The notes: a model not told the origin generated them from the letters alone. 64,000 bases of DNA from Emiliania huxleyi CCMP1516 (GCF_000372725.1 NW_005202368.1:294293-358292), one strand, 5' to 3'. Shown: positions 36,749 through 48,258, counted from the stretch's first letter. Made by a program: numbers and translations.

Positions 36749-38715
36749 GCCCTCCTGCTCGGCTCCAGCGAGTAGACAAGTCTTGTCATCAACAGAGATC
36801 AGAGTAGATGGATCTGACCTCGGGGCCGATGTGACCAAGCGCTGGTAGCGTGGTCTTACCTCACACCCATGGTCTCACAGTGTGCCGGCAGTCGCCGAGC
36901 AGTGTGTGTCGCTCACACAAGCCGCAGCACAAGTCTGTGACTGTAGACTGAGGGCCAGAGTGTTTGGTATATTACATGAGCGAGAGGCCGAGCAGCTCCA
37001 CCGCGCGGAGGAGCTGGAGGAGGCCAAGCGGCTGGCATCGGCCGTCTGCGAGGTGCAAGAGAAACAGCGCGTGGCGCGCCAGGGGCTTGAGGAGAGCCTC
37101 GAGAGCCTCGAGGCGGAGCGTCGCGAGCGGGCGCGGCTCGACCAAGAGAGACGACCCGCCGGCGCCCACCACGCTAGCGACGCCTCCTCCTCCTGATGTG
37201 ACCAAGCGCTGGTACCGTGGTTTAACCTCACACACCCATGGTCGCACAGTGTGCCGGCAGTCGCTGAGCAGTGTCGCTCACACAAGCCGCAGCACAAGTT
37301 ACTGAGGGCCAGTGAGGGCGAGCCCATCGCTGTGACAGCTGTGGCAGCCGCACAGTAGGCTGTGCCAACTGTGCAGAGCGGGTGAGCAGCAGAGGAGCTG
37401 CTCTCCAGGCTTCTGTCGCAAAGAGGTGCATGCCACCGAAGGCTGAGCCCTGGCTGTCAGGCTGTCAGGTGCTGTCAGGTGATCTGTCGGGCTGTCGGGC
37501 AGCTGTCAGGCACTGTCAGGTGCCTCTCTCAGACCAGCTGTCAGGTGCTGTCAGTGCTGTCGGGTGCTGTCGGGTGCGTGTCTGACAGGCGAGGTGCTCT
37601 GTAGCTGTCGGGTGCTGTCGGAGCTGTCGGGTGTTGCTGTCAGACGCTGTCGGAGCTCTGCTGCTGCTGTCAGACGTTGGGCTGTTGCTGTCAGGTGCTG
37701 TCGGGTGGTCCGCTGTCGGGGTGCTGTCAGAGCCTGAACACACCAGCCACACTTATGACACTATCAAGAGGAGCCGGGCGGTGGCGGGGGCGCTGACGCC
37801 GATGACGCCGGCGGCGGCTACCCAGCTGCCCCCCTCCTACGGCGTGATCACGCCGGCGGCGGCCGCCGCCTGGGGAGCGCAGATGGCGGCGCGGCGCAGG
37901 CGGCGGCGGCGGCACAGACGGCGGCGGCCACCCCCACCCAGACGCCCTAGGCATATGACTGTAGGGCCCCAGAAGGCTAGCTGTGGTAGCTTCATTTGTA
38001 GTAGCACAGCCGCCGGTGGCGGTGCTAGAGAGGGGTCCGCAGAGCGGTGGGGAGGCAGGGTTGAGAGAGAGACCCATGACCATCCCATGACTACATGGGC
38101 CACACTCACATGCACATGTACATGTCTTTGCATGTAATAGTTTTGTTATACCCTCATGGGGCACAAGAAAGAGGCTCTACGGGGTCTGACTGTGTAGAGG
38201 GAGCGGACCGTGAGTTGAGGAAATCGGAGGACGCGACCCACTTCGCCACAGACGGTCCCGCGCCTCGCCGCTAAGACGGGTATACGACCGCGGCTCGTGT
38301 GCGTGTACCCGTCTTTGTCCGGAGTGAAAAGTCCAACGCGCTCGTCGGTGACGGCGTCCTCCAACCTGCGCCGCGCTCGGCGAACCTCGACAGCGCTTTC
38401 GGTGGCATGCAGCTCTTTGCGCCTGAAGCCTGGAGAGCAGCTCCTCTGCTGCTCACACACTCTGCACAGTTGACACAGCCTACTGTGCGGCTGCCACAGC
38501 TGTCACAGCGATGGGCTCGCCCTCACTGGCCCTCAGTCACTTGTGCTGCGGCTTGTGTGAGCGACACTGCTCGGCGACTGCCGGCACACTGTGAGACCAT
38601 GGGTGTGAGGTTAAACCACGCTACCAGCGCTTGGTCACATTAGCCCCGAGGTCAGATCCTTCTACTCTGTTGATGACAAGACTTGTCTACTGGCTAAAGC
38701 CGAGCAGGAGGGCCC
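36749..38715. repeat. Fold-back region with long inverted repeats
   Basis: 36749-36935 and 37196-37440 are inverted relative to 38398-38715. Related pieces occur at 23754-23850 and 4729-4775. Confidence 0.8.
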
Positions 38716-38741
38716 AGCGCACAACCCCTGGTCAACCGTCA

Positions 38742-39502
38742 GGGCTAGTGCCATTTCACTGTGGCACAGCTCGCGTTACAAAACCTTGATTTGACCACAT
38801 TGCGCGAAAAATGTACCTCTCGGTGCCTTCCAGACGCAGCTGCGACCCCGCCGAGTAGACGGCGGCACACAGCAGGTGGCGCGGTGTGCCGCCGTCTACT
38901 CGGCGGGGTCGCTGCTGCCTCTGCGCGTCCTGGGGAGGTACATTTGTTGCGCGCCGGAGACGAGACTCGACGCCGCTGAGATCGGATATCAAGCTCTGAC
39001 AGGTCGCACGTCGCTCCTTTGACGCCGACGTGACTCACCCGTGCAGAGCGCATCAGGACACGGTCTCGACGCGCTCGGTACGACGCCTGCGACCCGTCTC
39101 GGGTCAGGTGGCACGACGCTCATCGCGCCTACCAGCGCTGCCATACAGGTTGCCACGACGAGGTCGAGCACGCTTCTATACGCTCGCCGAGCCTTCCTTT
39201 CCATCCCATTAGGCAGCCTGGGAACGGTGGCGGTCAGAGGCAAAGCCTAAGAGGGGTGGTGGAACCACATGTCACGGCTACTGCCGGCTCGACGCCACGA
39301 TAGCCTCCGAAGGCTGACTTTGCGGCACCATCATCGGACGATGTCGACGAGTTGGGTCGCTCTCGCGGTAGCCAGATGACCTCTCTTCCTAGGAGCATCG
39401 GCCATGGCCGCAGGGAGCGCGGGGGAGGGCGCTGGAAGCAACACGGAGCTCCGTTGGAGACGTTTTCAAGATTAGCGTGTCAGAGTGAAATGGCACTAGC
39501 CC
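38742..39502. mobile_element. MITE-like element with perfect 19-bp TIRs and an internal hairpin
   Basis: TIRs gggctagtgccatttcact (38742-38760) and agtgaaatggcactagccc (39484-39502). No transposase ORF. Second copy at 7735-8583. Confidence 0.9.
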
Positions 39503-41856
39503 AGGGTCCACACCCCGTAGGACGGTCTGTGCTGCTGTCGGGCTGTCAGAGCTGCTGTCAGGCCACTGTGTGCTGTCGGGCTGTCAGGCAGCTGTCAGGC
39601 TGTCACGTTAGGGCCTGACAGCGACGGAGCACCTCGCCTGTCAGACTCTGCTGTCAGGCTGTCAGAACTCAGATACGTGCTGTCTGACTGTCAGAGAAAG
39701 TGCTGTCAGCGCTGTGCCGCTGTCAGGCTGTCGGGCACTGTCAGGCGCTGTCCGGGGCTTGCTGTCAGGCTGCCAGACCAGGGCTCAGACCGAAGGGGCG
39801 CTGTCGAGGCCTTCGCCGAGCGCGGCGCAGATTCGAGATTGGGGGAAGCCGCCACGGACGAGCGCGTTGGACTTTTCACTCCGGACAAAGACGGGGACAC
39901 AGCGGACGGTGCGGGGTGTGTCCCCGTCATAGAGCCGTAGCGGCGAGGCGCGGGACCGTCTGTGGCAAATTGGGTCGCGTCCCCCGATTTCCGTCAACTC
40001 ACGGACACGGTCCTTCCCCCGTACCTGACCTTAAGAGGCGCAGCGCGGGCACGAGGCGCAGCCCGACGCGACGCACGTCGGGGTCGGCGCTCGCGCGCGC
40101 GAACCGCCCGGCGGCCGAAGATGGCCCGCTGCCCTCTGCCGCCCCCTCCGCCGGCCGACCGCGCGCAGCGCCTCGTCGAGCGCCGCGGCCCTGGCCGAGC
40201 CGCGCAGGGGCGGCGCAGCTCCAACCGGCGCGGGTGCAACCATGTTCATCTCTCCGAGCAGGCTCGCGAGGCGCTCGTCCGACGCCGCGTGCCTGCAGCA
40301 AAGGGGGCGCGGTGGTCCAACGCGGCGCGTTACCACGTCAGCAGGGGGGGGGAGGGGGGCACGGCCGCAACCTCCGCGCCTGCCCAGCCTCGCCGCCGCC
40401 TCGGCCGCCGCCGCCTGCCCCTCCCACCGCTCCGCCTGCTCCCTCGCGATCGGGGCGAGCCGTCGCGCCCGCGCGTGCGCCTCGTTGCGCGAGTGCTTCC
40501 CGATGGCCCGCCTGCTCGCGCCGCGCGCCTGCGGACACGCCTCCGACATGTCCTGGACGTGTCCCTTGATTGCGCGCGCGGCCCGCCCCGCCGCGCCCGT
40601 GCAGGCGAGGGTGGGTGTGTGGTGCGAGCAGGCGGGTCGTGGTTCGGCGGGGCGGTCGGTGTGGAGTGCACACGGGTGCACACGGGTGGCAGCAGGAGTG
40701 TCGCTCGAGAGAGAGGTGGGGAGTGGGGGGTGGGAGAGAGAGGTGGGGAGTGGGGGTGGGCGGAGAGCGTCCGGGTTCGGCGAGGAGGGGGCGGGCAGGG
40801 AGAGGGGAGATCGCGGGGAGATCGCGCCTTTGCAGACAAGACCGCGTGCGGCGCCGACGCAGGAGAGTTGGCTGGGCAGCGTGGAGGAGGCGCCAGCCAC
40901 GTCCCGCGGCGAGCTGGCCGCCTCGGCTTGGCCGCGCAAGCGCCGCCGCCGCCCGCGCCGCCGCCGCCCGCGCCGCCGCCGATTGCAGCGATCGTCGCCT
41001 CTCCGCCGAGCCACGCGCTCAGCTGCCACGCATGCATGTGCCAGTCGGCAAGGGCGGCGACCGCATGGCCGGCAGCACCAGCGCCAGCGCCGGCGCCGTC
41101 TCCACACGCGCTGAGCGTCGCACGCCTGCTGAGCGTCGGCCACTCGGGTATAGTGGCCGCGCTTCGTGGAGAAAGCACCCGGGGCGTGGGAGGCGCGCTG
41201 CCCTCGCCTGTCGCCACGCCGGCGGGCAGCCAGTCGGCAAGCGACGGCAGCTTGTCCTGCTGCCTTGGACTGAGCGACGTCTGCGCGATAGCGTCGGCGA
41301 GGTCATCCTCCGCACTCACGACAGCGTCCGCCGCGGCGGAGACCTCGTCCCGGATCTGAGCGGGGAAGAGCAGGCCGTCGTCGAGGCCAAAGCGCCGCGT
41401 GAGGTCAGCGATGAACATTTCGAGGTTTTTTCTGGTCACGGACCCCTCACAACGTTAGAGACGACGAGCTTTTTCTCTTTTTCTCATTCGGCTGGGGCCA
41501 ATCAGTGTGTGAAGTTCAACAGGGTTTATAAACTTTTGGTGTTTATAAACACGGTGTTTATGAACCCGTGTTTAATTGAACACCGCGCCTCTGGCGACCG
41601 CCCCGATAAATGAACTCAACCCTTTTCCTGGCTCACAAGCTAAAGATGTTCACGGGCCCCCACAGGGAGGGCCCTTGCGTAAACCCGGGCAAAGCACTGG
41701 CAATCCTTTCGCACAGCGCGTTCGGCCCGCAGTCTCGCTCGGCGCGCGCTCCTCTGCGCCCACCTAAATTCCTGAGTCGCTGCACCCCGCCAGACCATCC
41801 ACCCACCTGGCCGCCACGCGCAGGAGCCCTCTCTACTGTGAACAGTCGTTATCTCT

Positions 41857-42447
41857 CTCGAGGTTCTCGAGGTGGATATCCTTTGGCCGCGTTGGGTAGC
41901 GAGGATTGGTGTGACGCGATCCACGCACTTGGAGCACTTGGAGTGCAGTCATTCACCGCACATCCAGGGCCGGGGAGCTCAGAAGCGCACCCAGCGGGCC
42001 GGATGATTGGCATCGGGTTGCGGGCAAGAGAGCCCTAGCCCCGGGGGTGCGCGTTCGCAGGGCAAGGGCCTTAAAGTAAACACGGGTCTCGCAGGCGTGT
42101 TTTCTGACGGCCGACCGTCAGCGTGCACGGAGTTGCCCCTTCTCCGACTGCCCCGGCTAGTTCACGAGTTTCGCGGGAGTGACCCCATGCGTCAAACCCG
42201 AGACCTAGCGCGGGTGGGTTGGAGGGGGCTCGCCCCGTTCCTCCCCATCGGGCCGCATAAGCGGCCACGCCTCGCAGATTCGTTTTCGCGCCTGGGTCAG
42301 GCGCGCGGGGCATCCCCCGGGTCGCTCGACCAGCGATCCGAAGAGTGGCCGCTATGCGAAGGAAAGAGTGGGGCCCTCGGGGTACGCCTCCATCCGGCCC
42401 CCTCCGAGGGGGGAAGGGAATTGCGGGGTGGGCCTCTCTATCTCCCA
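41857..42447 (+). mobile_element. SINE-like element flanked by a 22-bp direct repeat (putative TSD)
   Basis: actgtgaacagtcgttatctct occurs at 41835-41856 and 42448-42469. The body matches 4 other copies in the window. Confidence 0.75.
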
Positions 42448-43666
42448 ACTGTGAACAGTCGTTATCTCTATACTAGCAGGTTGGCTCGCTAGTCGCTCGC
42501 CGGCCCGCGCAGCACGCGCGGGCCTTTTTTGTGGTCGGATGTTGGTCGTCTCGAATTTGATCGTGGGCAGGGCGTGAGAAAGCTGGACGGCTCGGTCGAT
42601 GCGAGCCACCAGCTCGTGAGCGACGGGCGCGACGGGTTCCTCGGCGTAGGCTTGGGCGTGGTGAGCAGCGCCGGCGAGAGAGGGACGGCATGCGGCTCCG
42701 AAACGAGCCGCACGGGCTTCATCTGGGCCGCCGAGGCCACCTCCTTGGTCGCGGTGGCGGGCGTGAAGGCGAGGTGGGCCGAGGCAAGCGCTGAACGTGC
42801 CGTGCCGCCTTGCGCCCCTGAGGAGGGACGAGTGTGTGGGGTGCCACGGGCGGGGGGAGGGCACCCCCACGAGGGGCTGCGCTGACGCCGCCTGCCACCC
42901 CACGCACGCCACTGACGCTGTGGGGGCGGCACGATCGAACGCGCTGGTCGGGCGGGCCGTCTGAGTCGCCCAAGCGGTGCTCTGCCGGCCGGTGGACGCG
43001 AGGGTGGCCCAAGAGGGCTCAAAGTACGGAGCCGATACCCGGCCGTCCCGGACGCGTGGCACGCGGGCCAATGGTCCAGCCGTCCTGTGCATGGCTGGAG
43101 CGAAGGAGGGAGAGCTCAGGAGGGCGACGGGGCAGGGAAGGGGGCGATGCGATGCGGCGAGGTCTAATCGGCGGCGTGGAGAGAGGAGGTGCCAAAAGGC
43201 GACTATAGAGAGGCCTCTACGGGTGATATAGTGCGCCATGCCGGCGGGAGAGGTCTCTCACCGCCCCCCGGGCCGTCTCGAAGGGCCGTGCAGCCCACGC
43301 CACGAGGCGCTGCTGGCGGGAGCCTGGAAGGACTTGGCCTCGTTGCACCGCGCCGCGTTGATTCGCGACCACCGTCGGCCGCGGACGGCGTCGGCGTGGC
43401 GGCCGCGGGCGCTCGCGAGACGCGCCGCTCTGCGCTGGTTCGGTTCGTTCGACTCGTTGTGCCGCCGCACGCCCGGCGGCCGCGGGTCCCAGTCTGCAGA
43501 AGTGGTTGCGCGGGCCTCTTCCTTTCGGCCGCGGGACGGCGTCGGGCACGTCGTCGGTCGCAACAGCGGCGCGGCGAGCCGCGGCACGTCGTTGCTGGCG
43601 CTGGTGGTTTGAGGTTGGCATCGTCCAGAGCTCGGTCGACGAGTCTAGAGCTACAGCTGGCCGAGG

Positions 43667-44015
43667 GTTCTCGAGGTTCTCGAGGTGGATATCCTTTGGC
43701 CGCGTTGGGTAGCGAGGATTGGTGTAACCCGAGCCACGGAGGCGTGTTTTCTGGCGGCCGACCGTCAGTGCACGGAGTTGCCACTTCTCCGACTGCCCCG
43801 GCTAGTTCCCGAGGTCGTCGGGTGTGACCCCTTCGTCCCCCGAGACCTAGCGCGGGTGGGTTGGAGGGGGCTCGCCCCGTTCCTCCCCATCGGGCCGCGT
43901 GAGCGGCCTCGCCTCGCAGATTCGTTTTTCGCGCCTGGGTCAGGCGCGCGGGGCATCCCCCGGGTCGCTCGACCAGCGATCCGAAGAGTGGCCGCTATGC
44001 GAGGGAAAGAGCGGG
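43667..44015 (+). mobile_element. SINE-like dispersed repeat copy
   Basis: Begins 'ttctcgaggttctcgaggtggatatcctttggccgcgttgggtagcgagg', like the copy at 41857. Confidence 0.8.
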
Positions 44016-44163
44016 GCCCGAGGGTGCCACATTTGTGCGGAAAGTGGGAAATATATCTCTTTGATGCGCAGCTATTCATAGCCGCGCCTGTTGTTTGTGT
44101 GTGTATCCGCGCTCTTGGCGCGATTACGAGACCTAGGCGTAATCGCTCTCGTACGAGACCTAG

Positions 44164-44280
44164 GTGGCAGACGCGCTCGAGATGCCGTTCCCGGACGAGT
44201 CGTTCGACCTTGTCAGGTCGCTCGAGTCGGGGGAGCACATGCCCGACAAGGAGAAGTTCGTCTCAGAGCTCACGAGAGCT
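44164..44280 (+). pseudogene. Isolated fragment of gamma-tocopherol methyltransferase (VTE4-like SAM methyltransferase)
   Basis: 'VADALEMPFPDESFDLVRSLESGEHMPDKEKFVSELTR' closely matches the VTE4 family motif FDLVWSMESGEHMPDK. No other exons were found nearby. Confidence 0.75.
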
Positions 44281-44526
44281 CTCTCTCCGGCTCTCCGCTC
44301 TCGCTTCGCGCTTCGCCCTCATGCGCGACGCAATTTCGCTAATCTCGACAGTCACTAATAGACAACAACGAACCGCCAACCACGTAGTACACCGATATTC
44401 ACCCGCGCACACCTAAATCTCGCTAGCAAGTGGACGCAAGCTCTCTCCTACGACCTTCGACCTATATACGGTGTACATACGGGCACTCGACATATTCTTC
44501 GCCGGTTTCTCGCTCACCGCTCCTCG

Positions 44527-45762
44527 CTAATTTGGCTGCGCCAAAGCTGGGCCAAAGACATCGAGATGGATGCTCCGCGCGCCCGCCGCCTTGAGCGCCG
44601 CGGACATGTCCGCGAGGAAGGGCGGCGGGCCGCAGAGGAAGAAGTCGCATTCCGCCAGGTACGGCTTGAGGGCGCCCTCCACGAGCGCTGCCGCCTCTGG
44701 CCGCCCGCCCGCGTCTGTGTAGTGGAAATGCGTCCCGGCACTGCTAGCCTCCATCTCCTTCCGAAAGGGGTGCGCCGCCTCGTCCCTGTCTATGTGCAGG
44801 ACGAACTTGACCTGCTCGGGCGCACTGTCGAGAAAGCACTTCATCGGCGTCGCGCCCACCCCTGCCGAGCAGAGCACCGCCGGGCGGCCGCTCAACTTGA
44901 ACGTGCCAAAAGGTGCGGAGACGCCGACGACGTCGCCCTCCTTCATGCCGTGGAGGGCGGAGGAGACGAAGCCGCCCTCGACAAGTTTCGGGCAGCACTG
45001 CAGGTAGTCCTTGCCGGGCGCGTTCGTCACGGTGTAGTGGCGTGGCGTCGAGCCCTGCTTGTGCAGGTGCAGCGTCAGGAACTGGCCTGGCGTGAAGTCG
45101 ATTGGTCCGGCGCCGTCGACAGGCTTGAAGGTGAGCTCCACGCAGTCCGTCGCGACGCGCCGGGTCCCAGCCACCCTGAAGTCCTTCACCCCCTTCCAGC
45201 CGCCACGCCGCCCCGCCGACTCGGCGTAGAGCTTTGCCTCCAGCTCACAAAGGTTCTTGGCGAGAGCAAGCACGGCCTCGCTCCAACCCTCGCCAACCTC
45301 TGGCGTGACAGCGTCGCCCATGACGTGCCCGATAGACTCCATCAGGTTCTGGTGCACGATCGAGTAGTGGCGCGGCTTGACGCCGAGGCCGCAGTGTTTG
45401 TGAGCGATGATCTCCAGCGCCCCCGTCAGCTTGGACAGGTCGTCGATGGAGGTGGCGTAGGCTACGACTGCGTTGGCCAGCGCCATGCGCTGCAACGGCG
45501 GCTCCTTGAACTGATTGGCCGGGTTGAAGAAGGCCTTTGCTTCAGGGCTGTTGCTGAACATGCGAGGGTAGAAGTCGTCGACGATCTCTCTCACCTTGGG
45601 TGCGACCGCCGGTGCTGTCGCCTTGACGATCGCGGCGAAGGGGCAGCCAGACATAGTCACCGCCGGAGACGTCGACTTGACGATTGCGGTGGAGGGACAG
45701 CCAGACATGGTGTCTGCCAGAGATGTCGAGTAGCCGATCGCGGCGGAGGGGCAGCTAGACAT
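44527..45762 (-). CDS. hmp: Flavohemoglobin (nitric oxide dioxygenase), intronless
   Basis: Globin domain (FYxxMF, FNxANQ, IAHKH, HY), FAD-binding motifs (PGQF, RHYTV, GFVS) and NAD-binding motifs (SAGVGATPM, LCGP, FGP). Alternative starts at 45762, 45708 and 45654. Confidence 0.95.
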   Translation of the reverse strand: MSSCPSAAIGYSTSLADTMSGCPSTAIVKSTSPAVTMSGCPFAAIVKATAPAVAPKVREIVDDFYPRMFSNSPEAKAFFNPANQFKEPPLQRMALANAVVAYATSIDDLSKLTGALEIIAHKHCGLGVKPRHYSIVHQNLMESIGHVMGDAVTPEVGEGWSEAVLALAKNLCELEAKLYAESAGRRGGWKGVKDFRVAGTRRVATDCVELTFKPVDGAGPIDFTPGQFLTLHLHKQGSTPRHYTVTNAPGKDYLQCCPKLVEGGFVSSALHGMKEGDVVGVSAPFGTFKLSGRPAVLCSAGVGATPMKCFLDSAPEQVKFVLHIDRDEAAHPFRKEMEASSAGTHFHYTDAGGRPEAAALVEGALKPYLAECDFFLCGPPPFLADMSAALKAAGARSIHLDVFGPALAQPN

Positions 45763-46411
45763 GGCGCGGTGGCTAACGAGCCGGACGCCGCGCACGGAGG
45801 TCATGGGTGAGGTCAAAGGCCGGCAAGGAGATTGCTGACACGTTCAGGCAGGACGTGTTGGCGGCGCCCTTATTGCAAGATAAAAAATCTGGGTGCACCC
45901 AAGTGTCAAGCGTTGAGCACCGGTGTCTCTGGGAATGGTAATAGTATTCCGCATTCATTGCGAGGGCGGACGGTCTCGGGAACCGTACCCATACTACTCA
46001 AAAGTACAATATCTACCACAAAGCATGCAGCAGGTGGGCGTGCGGAGCGTCGGGCATCGGCTCGCCATCCCGGGAGCTTCCCTTGAGCGGCCCGGGCTGG
46101 GACCGACCGCGGGAGGCTGCCTGCCTGCACCAACCAACCAACGGACATGAGCGATCCGCAGTCGTCGAAGAGCCCCCCCCCCCCCCCCCCCTGCTAGTGT
46201 CTGTCGTCGTTCCTACCCCTGATCCTACCCCACGGCACGCTAATGTCTGTCATCTCCAGCGCACAAAAGAAAAATTTGGTTATCCCGCAGGAAACCGGCG
46301 CTCAACCAACACCCCCTTGTTACACCCCACCACCCGAGCTGCAGCAGGTGAGGAAGCTGTCCGCGTCTCTGCTCGGCACGCAGTGGGCCGGGATCGAGTC
46401 GCCCCCCGCCA

Positions 46412-48191
46412 ATGCGCCGGAGTGTTTTGCGGATTCGCTCACTCACTGCCGCTGCGGCCTTGTCCGCCGGCTCCACCCTCCGCTGCGAGCCCTCCGCTCC
46501 CTCAGCAGCCAAGCAGCAGGAGCGCGCGTCGAAGAGTCTCGCCATGCAGCAGGAGGTTTCGGCCGCCGAGAATAGCGGTGCGGCCCGCTTCAACGCCGCC
46601 CAGAACCCGTCCACCTTCCGCGTCGACGTCTCTGTTCAAGCCGAGCCGGAGGTCGCCGCGGCGAAGCGCTTTGAAGAGGAGCTGGACAACGCTCTCGATC
46701 ACCACGCAAAGCTTACCAAGGCCTACTCGCCACCGTCCCTGACTCTCCCACTCGCCACCGTCCCTGACGACTGCTACCAGCATGGCGGCCGCCCTCACCG
46801 CGCCTCCCCCCGTCCTCAAGGTTGACGCCGTCCGTGTGGCCGCCATCGAGGCGCTGCCGCGCATCAAGGCGCCCCTCACCATGGCGCCCCACGTGCCGCC
46901 GCCCATTGAGCGGAGAACGCCGGCCCGCCTCGTCGTCGACTTGTACAGCACGGAGAAGACGATGCCTGTGTCGCCATCCTGCAAGTACCCGTTCTGGACT
47001 TTCAACGACGGCGTGCCGGGGCCGATGATCCGGGCCCGCGTCGGGGACGTGCTCGAGGTACCTACGGCCGCCTCTCCGCCGTAGCCCTTCTCCTCTCGGT
47101 CGCCCCCTCCGCGCCGCGGCCCTGACCCCCGACCCGCCTCCACCAGGTGAACTACACGAATCGGGCCGAGTCGGGCATGGCGCACAACATCGACCTGCAT
47201 AGCGTGGTGGGCCCAGGCGGCGGGGGCCCGTGCCTGTATGCGGAGCAGGACGAGACCAAGACAGGCATTTTCAAGTGCACCTCGCCTGGGCTGTTCGTGT
47301 ACCACTGCGCGGCTGCGCCTGTGCCGGTCCACATTGCGAACGGCATCGCGCGCCGCCTGCCCCGCCGAAGCCCCGGCCTCCCCACCCGCAGCGCTGCGGC
47401 GGTGGGCGCCACCCCTACTAGTCGGCATCTCCCTTCTCTTACCAGGCACCCACCCCTCGCCGCAGGCATGTTTGGCCTCGTGCTTGTGGAGCCAGAGGGC
47501 GGGCTGCCCTCCCCACCGCCACACCGCCTCTGTCTGCTCACCGCCACGCCCGAAACGCCTCGCGAAGGCGCTCTCACCGAAGCGTGCGGCGCGCCGCCTC
47601 CGCGCAGGCGGCCTTCCTCCGGTGGACCGAGAATTCTACGTGGTGCAGCACGAAGTGTACTCCGCCGAGGACGAGGAGGGGTCGAGTGTGCTGGAGCTCG
47701 ACTACGAGGCGGGGCTGCGGGAGAGTCCGACGTATGTGGTCTTCAACGGCCGGGAGGGTGCATTGACCGAGAGGCCGCTGATGGCGAAGCAGGGCGAGCG
47801 CGTGAGGATCTACTTCGGCAACGCCGGGCCCAACCTGATCTCGAGCCTCCACGTGATCGGCGCGATCTTTGACAAGGCCACGTCGTGCTAGTTGCGGGTG
47901 GGGCCCGAGGTTTCGAATTAAGTTGCCTATTACTGCTAGGTCTATCGCGAGGGCGACCTGATCTCGCCGCCGGCGCGGGGTATCGGTGTCACGGCGGTTC
48001 CTGCTGCGGGTACCACCGTGGTCGAGTTTGACGCACTCGTACCCGGCAGCTACACCCTGGTGGACCACAGCATATTCCGCATCGACAAGGGCGCCGTGGG
48101 CTTTCTGAAGGTGAAGGGCGAACCGAGGCCCGACCTGTACGACTCCAAGGAGATGAAGGTGTACTGCGATGGGTGCAAGCTGCACTCGTGA
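46412..48191 (+). CDS. nirK: Copper-containing nitrite reductase (NO-forming), 6 exons, with a putative mitochondrial presequence
   Basis: Inferred exons 46412-46720, 46821-47057, 47147-47342, 47466-47498, 47608-47876 and 47940-48191. Motifs WTFNDGVPGPMIR, HNIDLH, YHC...HIANGM, YVVFNG, NAGPN.ISSLHVIG and LVDH supply the type-1 and type-2 Cu ligands. Confidence 0.93.
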
Positions 48192-48258
48192 GAGGGGGAA
48201 TTGATTGATGGGAAGGCGAAACACAGTCCGACCAACGACTGGGACACCAACGCGTTAT

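Noticed and set aside
40031..41439. Possible minus-strand multi-exon gene (MFIADLTRRFG...)
   Set aside because: Coding-like in parts, but no recognisable domain or consistent exon model was found.
44566..45810. 414-aa plus-strand ORF (and similar antisense ORFs over 9031-11511, 31659-35276 and 60040-62853)
   Set aside because: Shadow ORFs of GC-rich genes on the other strand, with no recognisable motifs.
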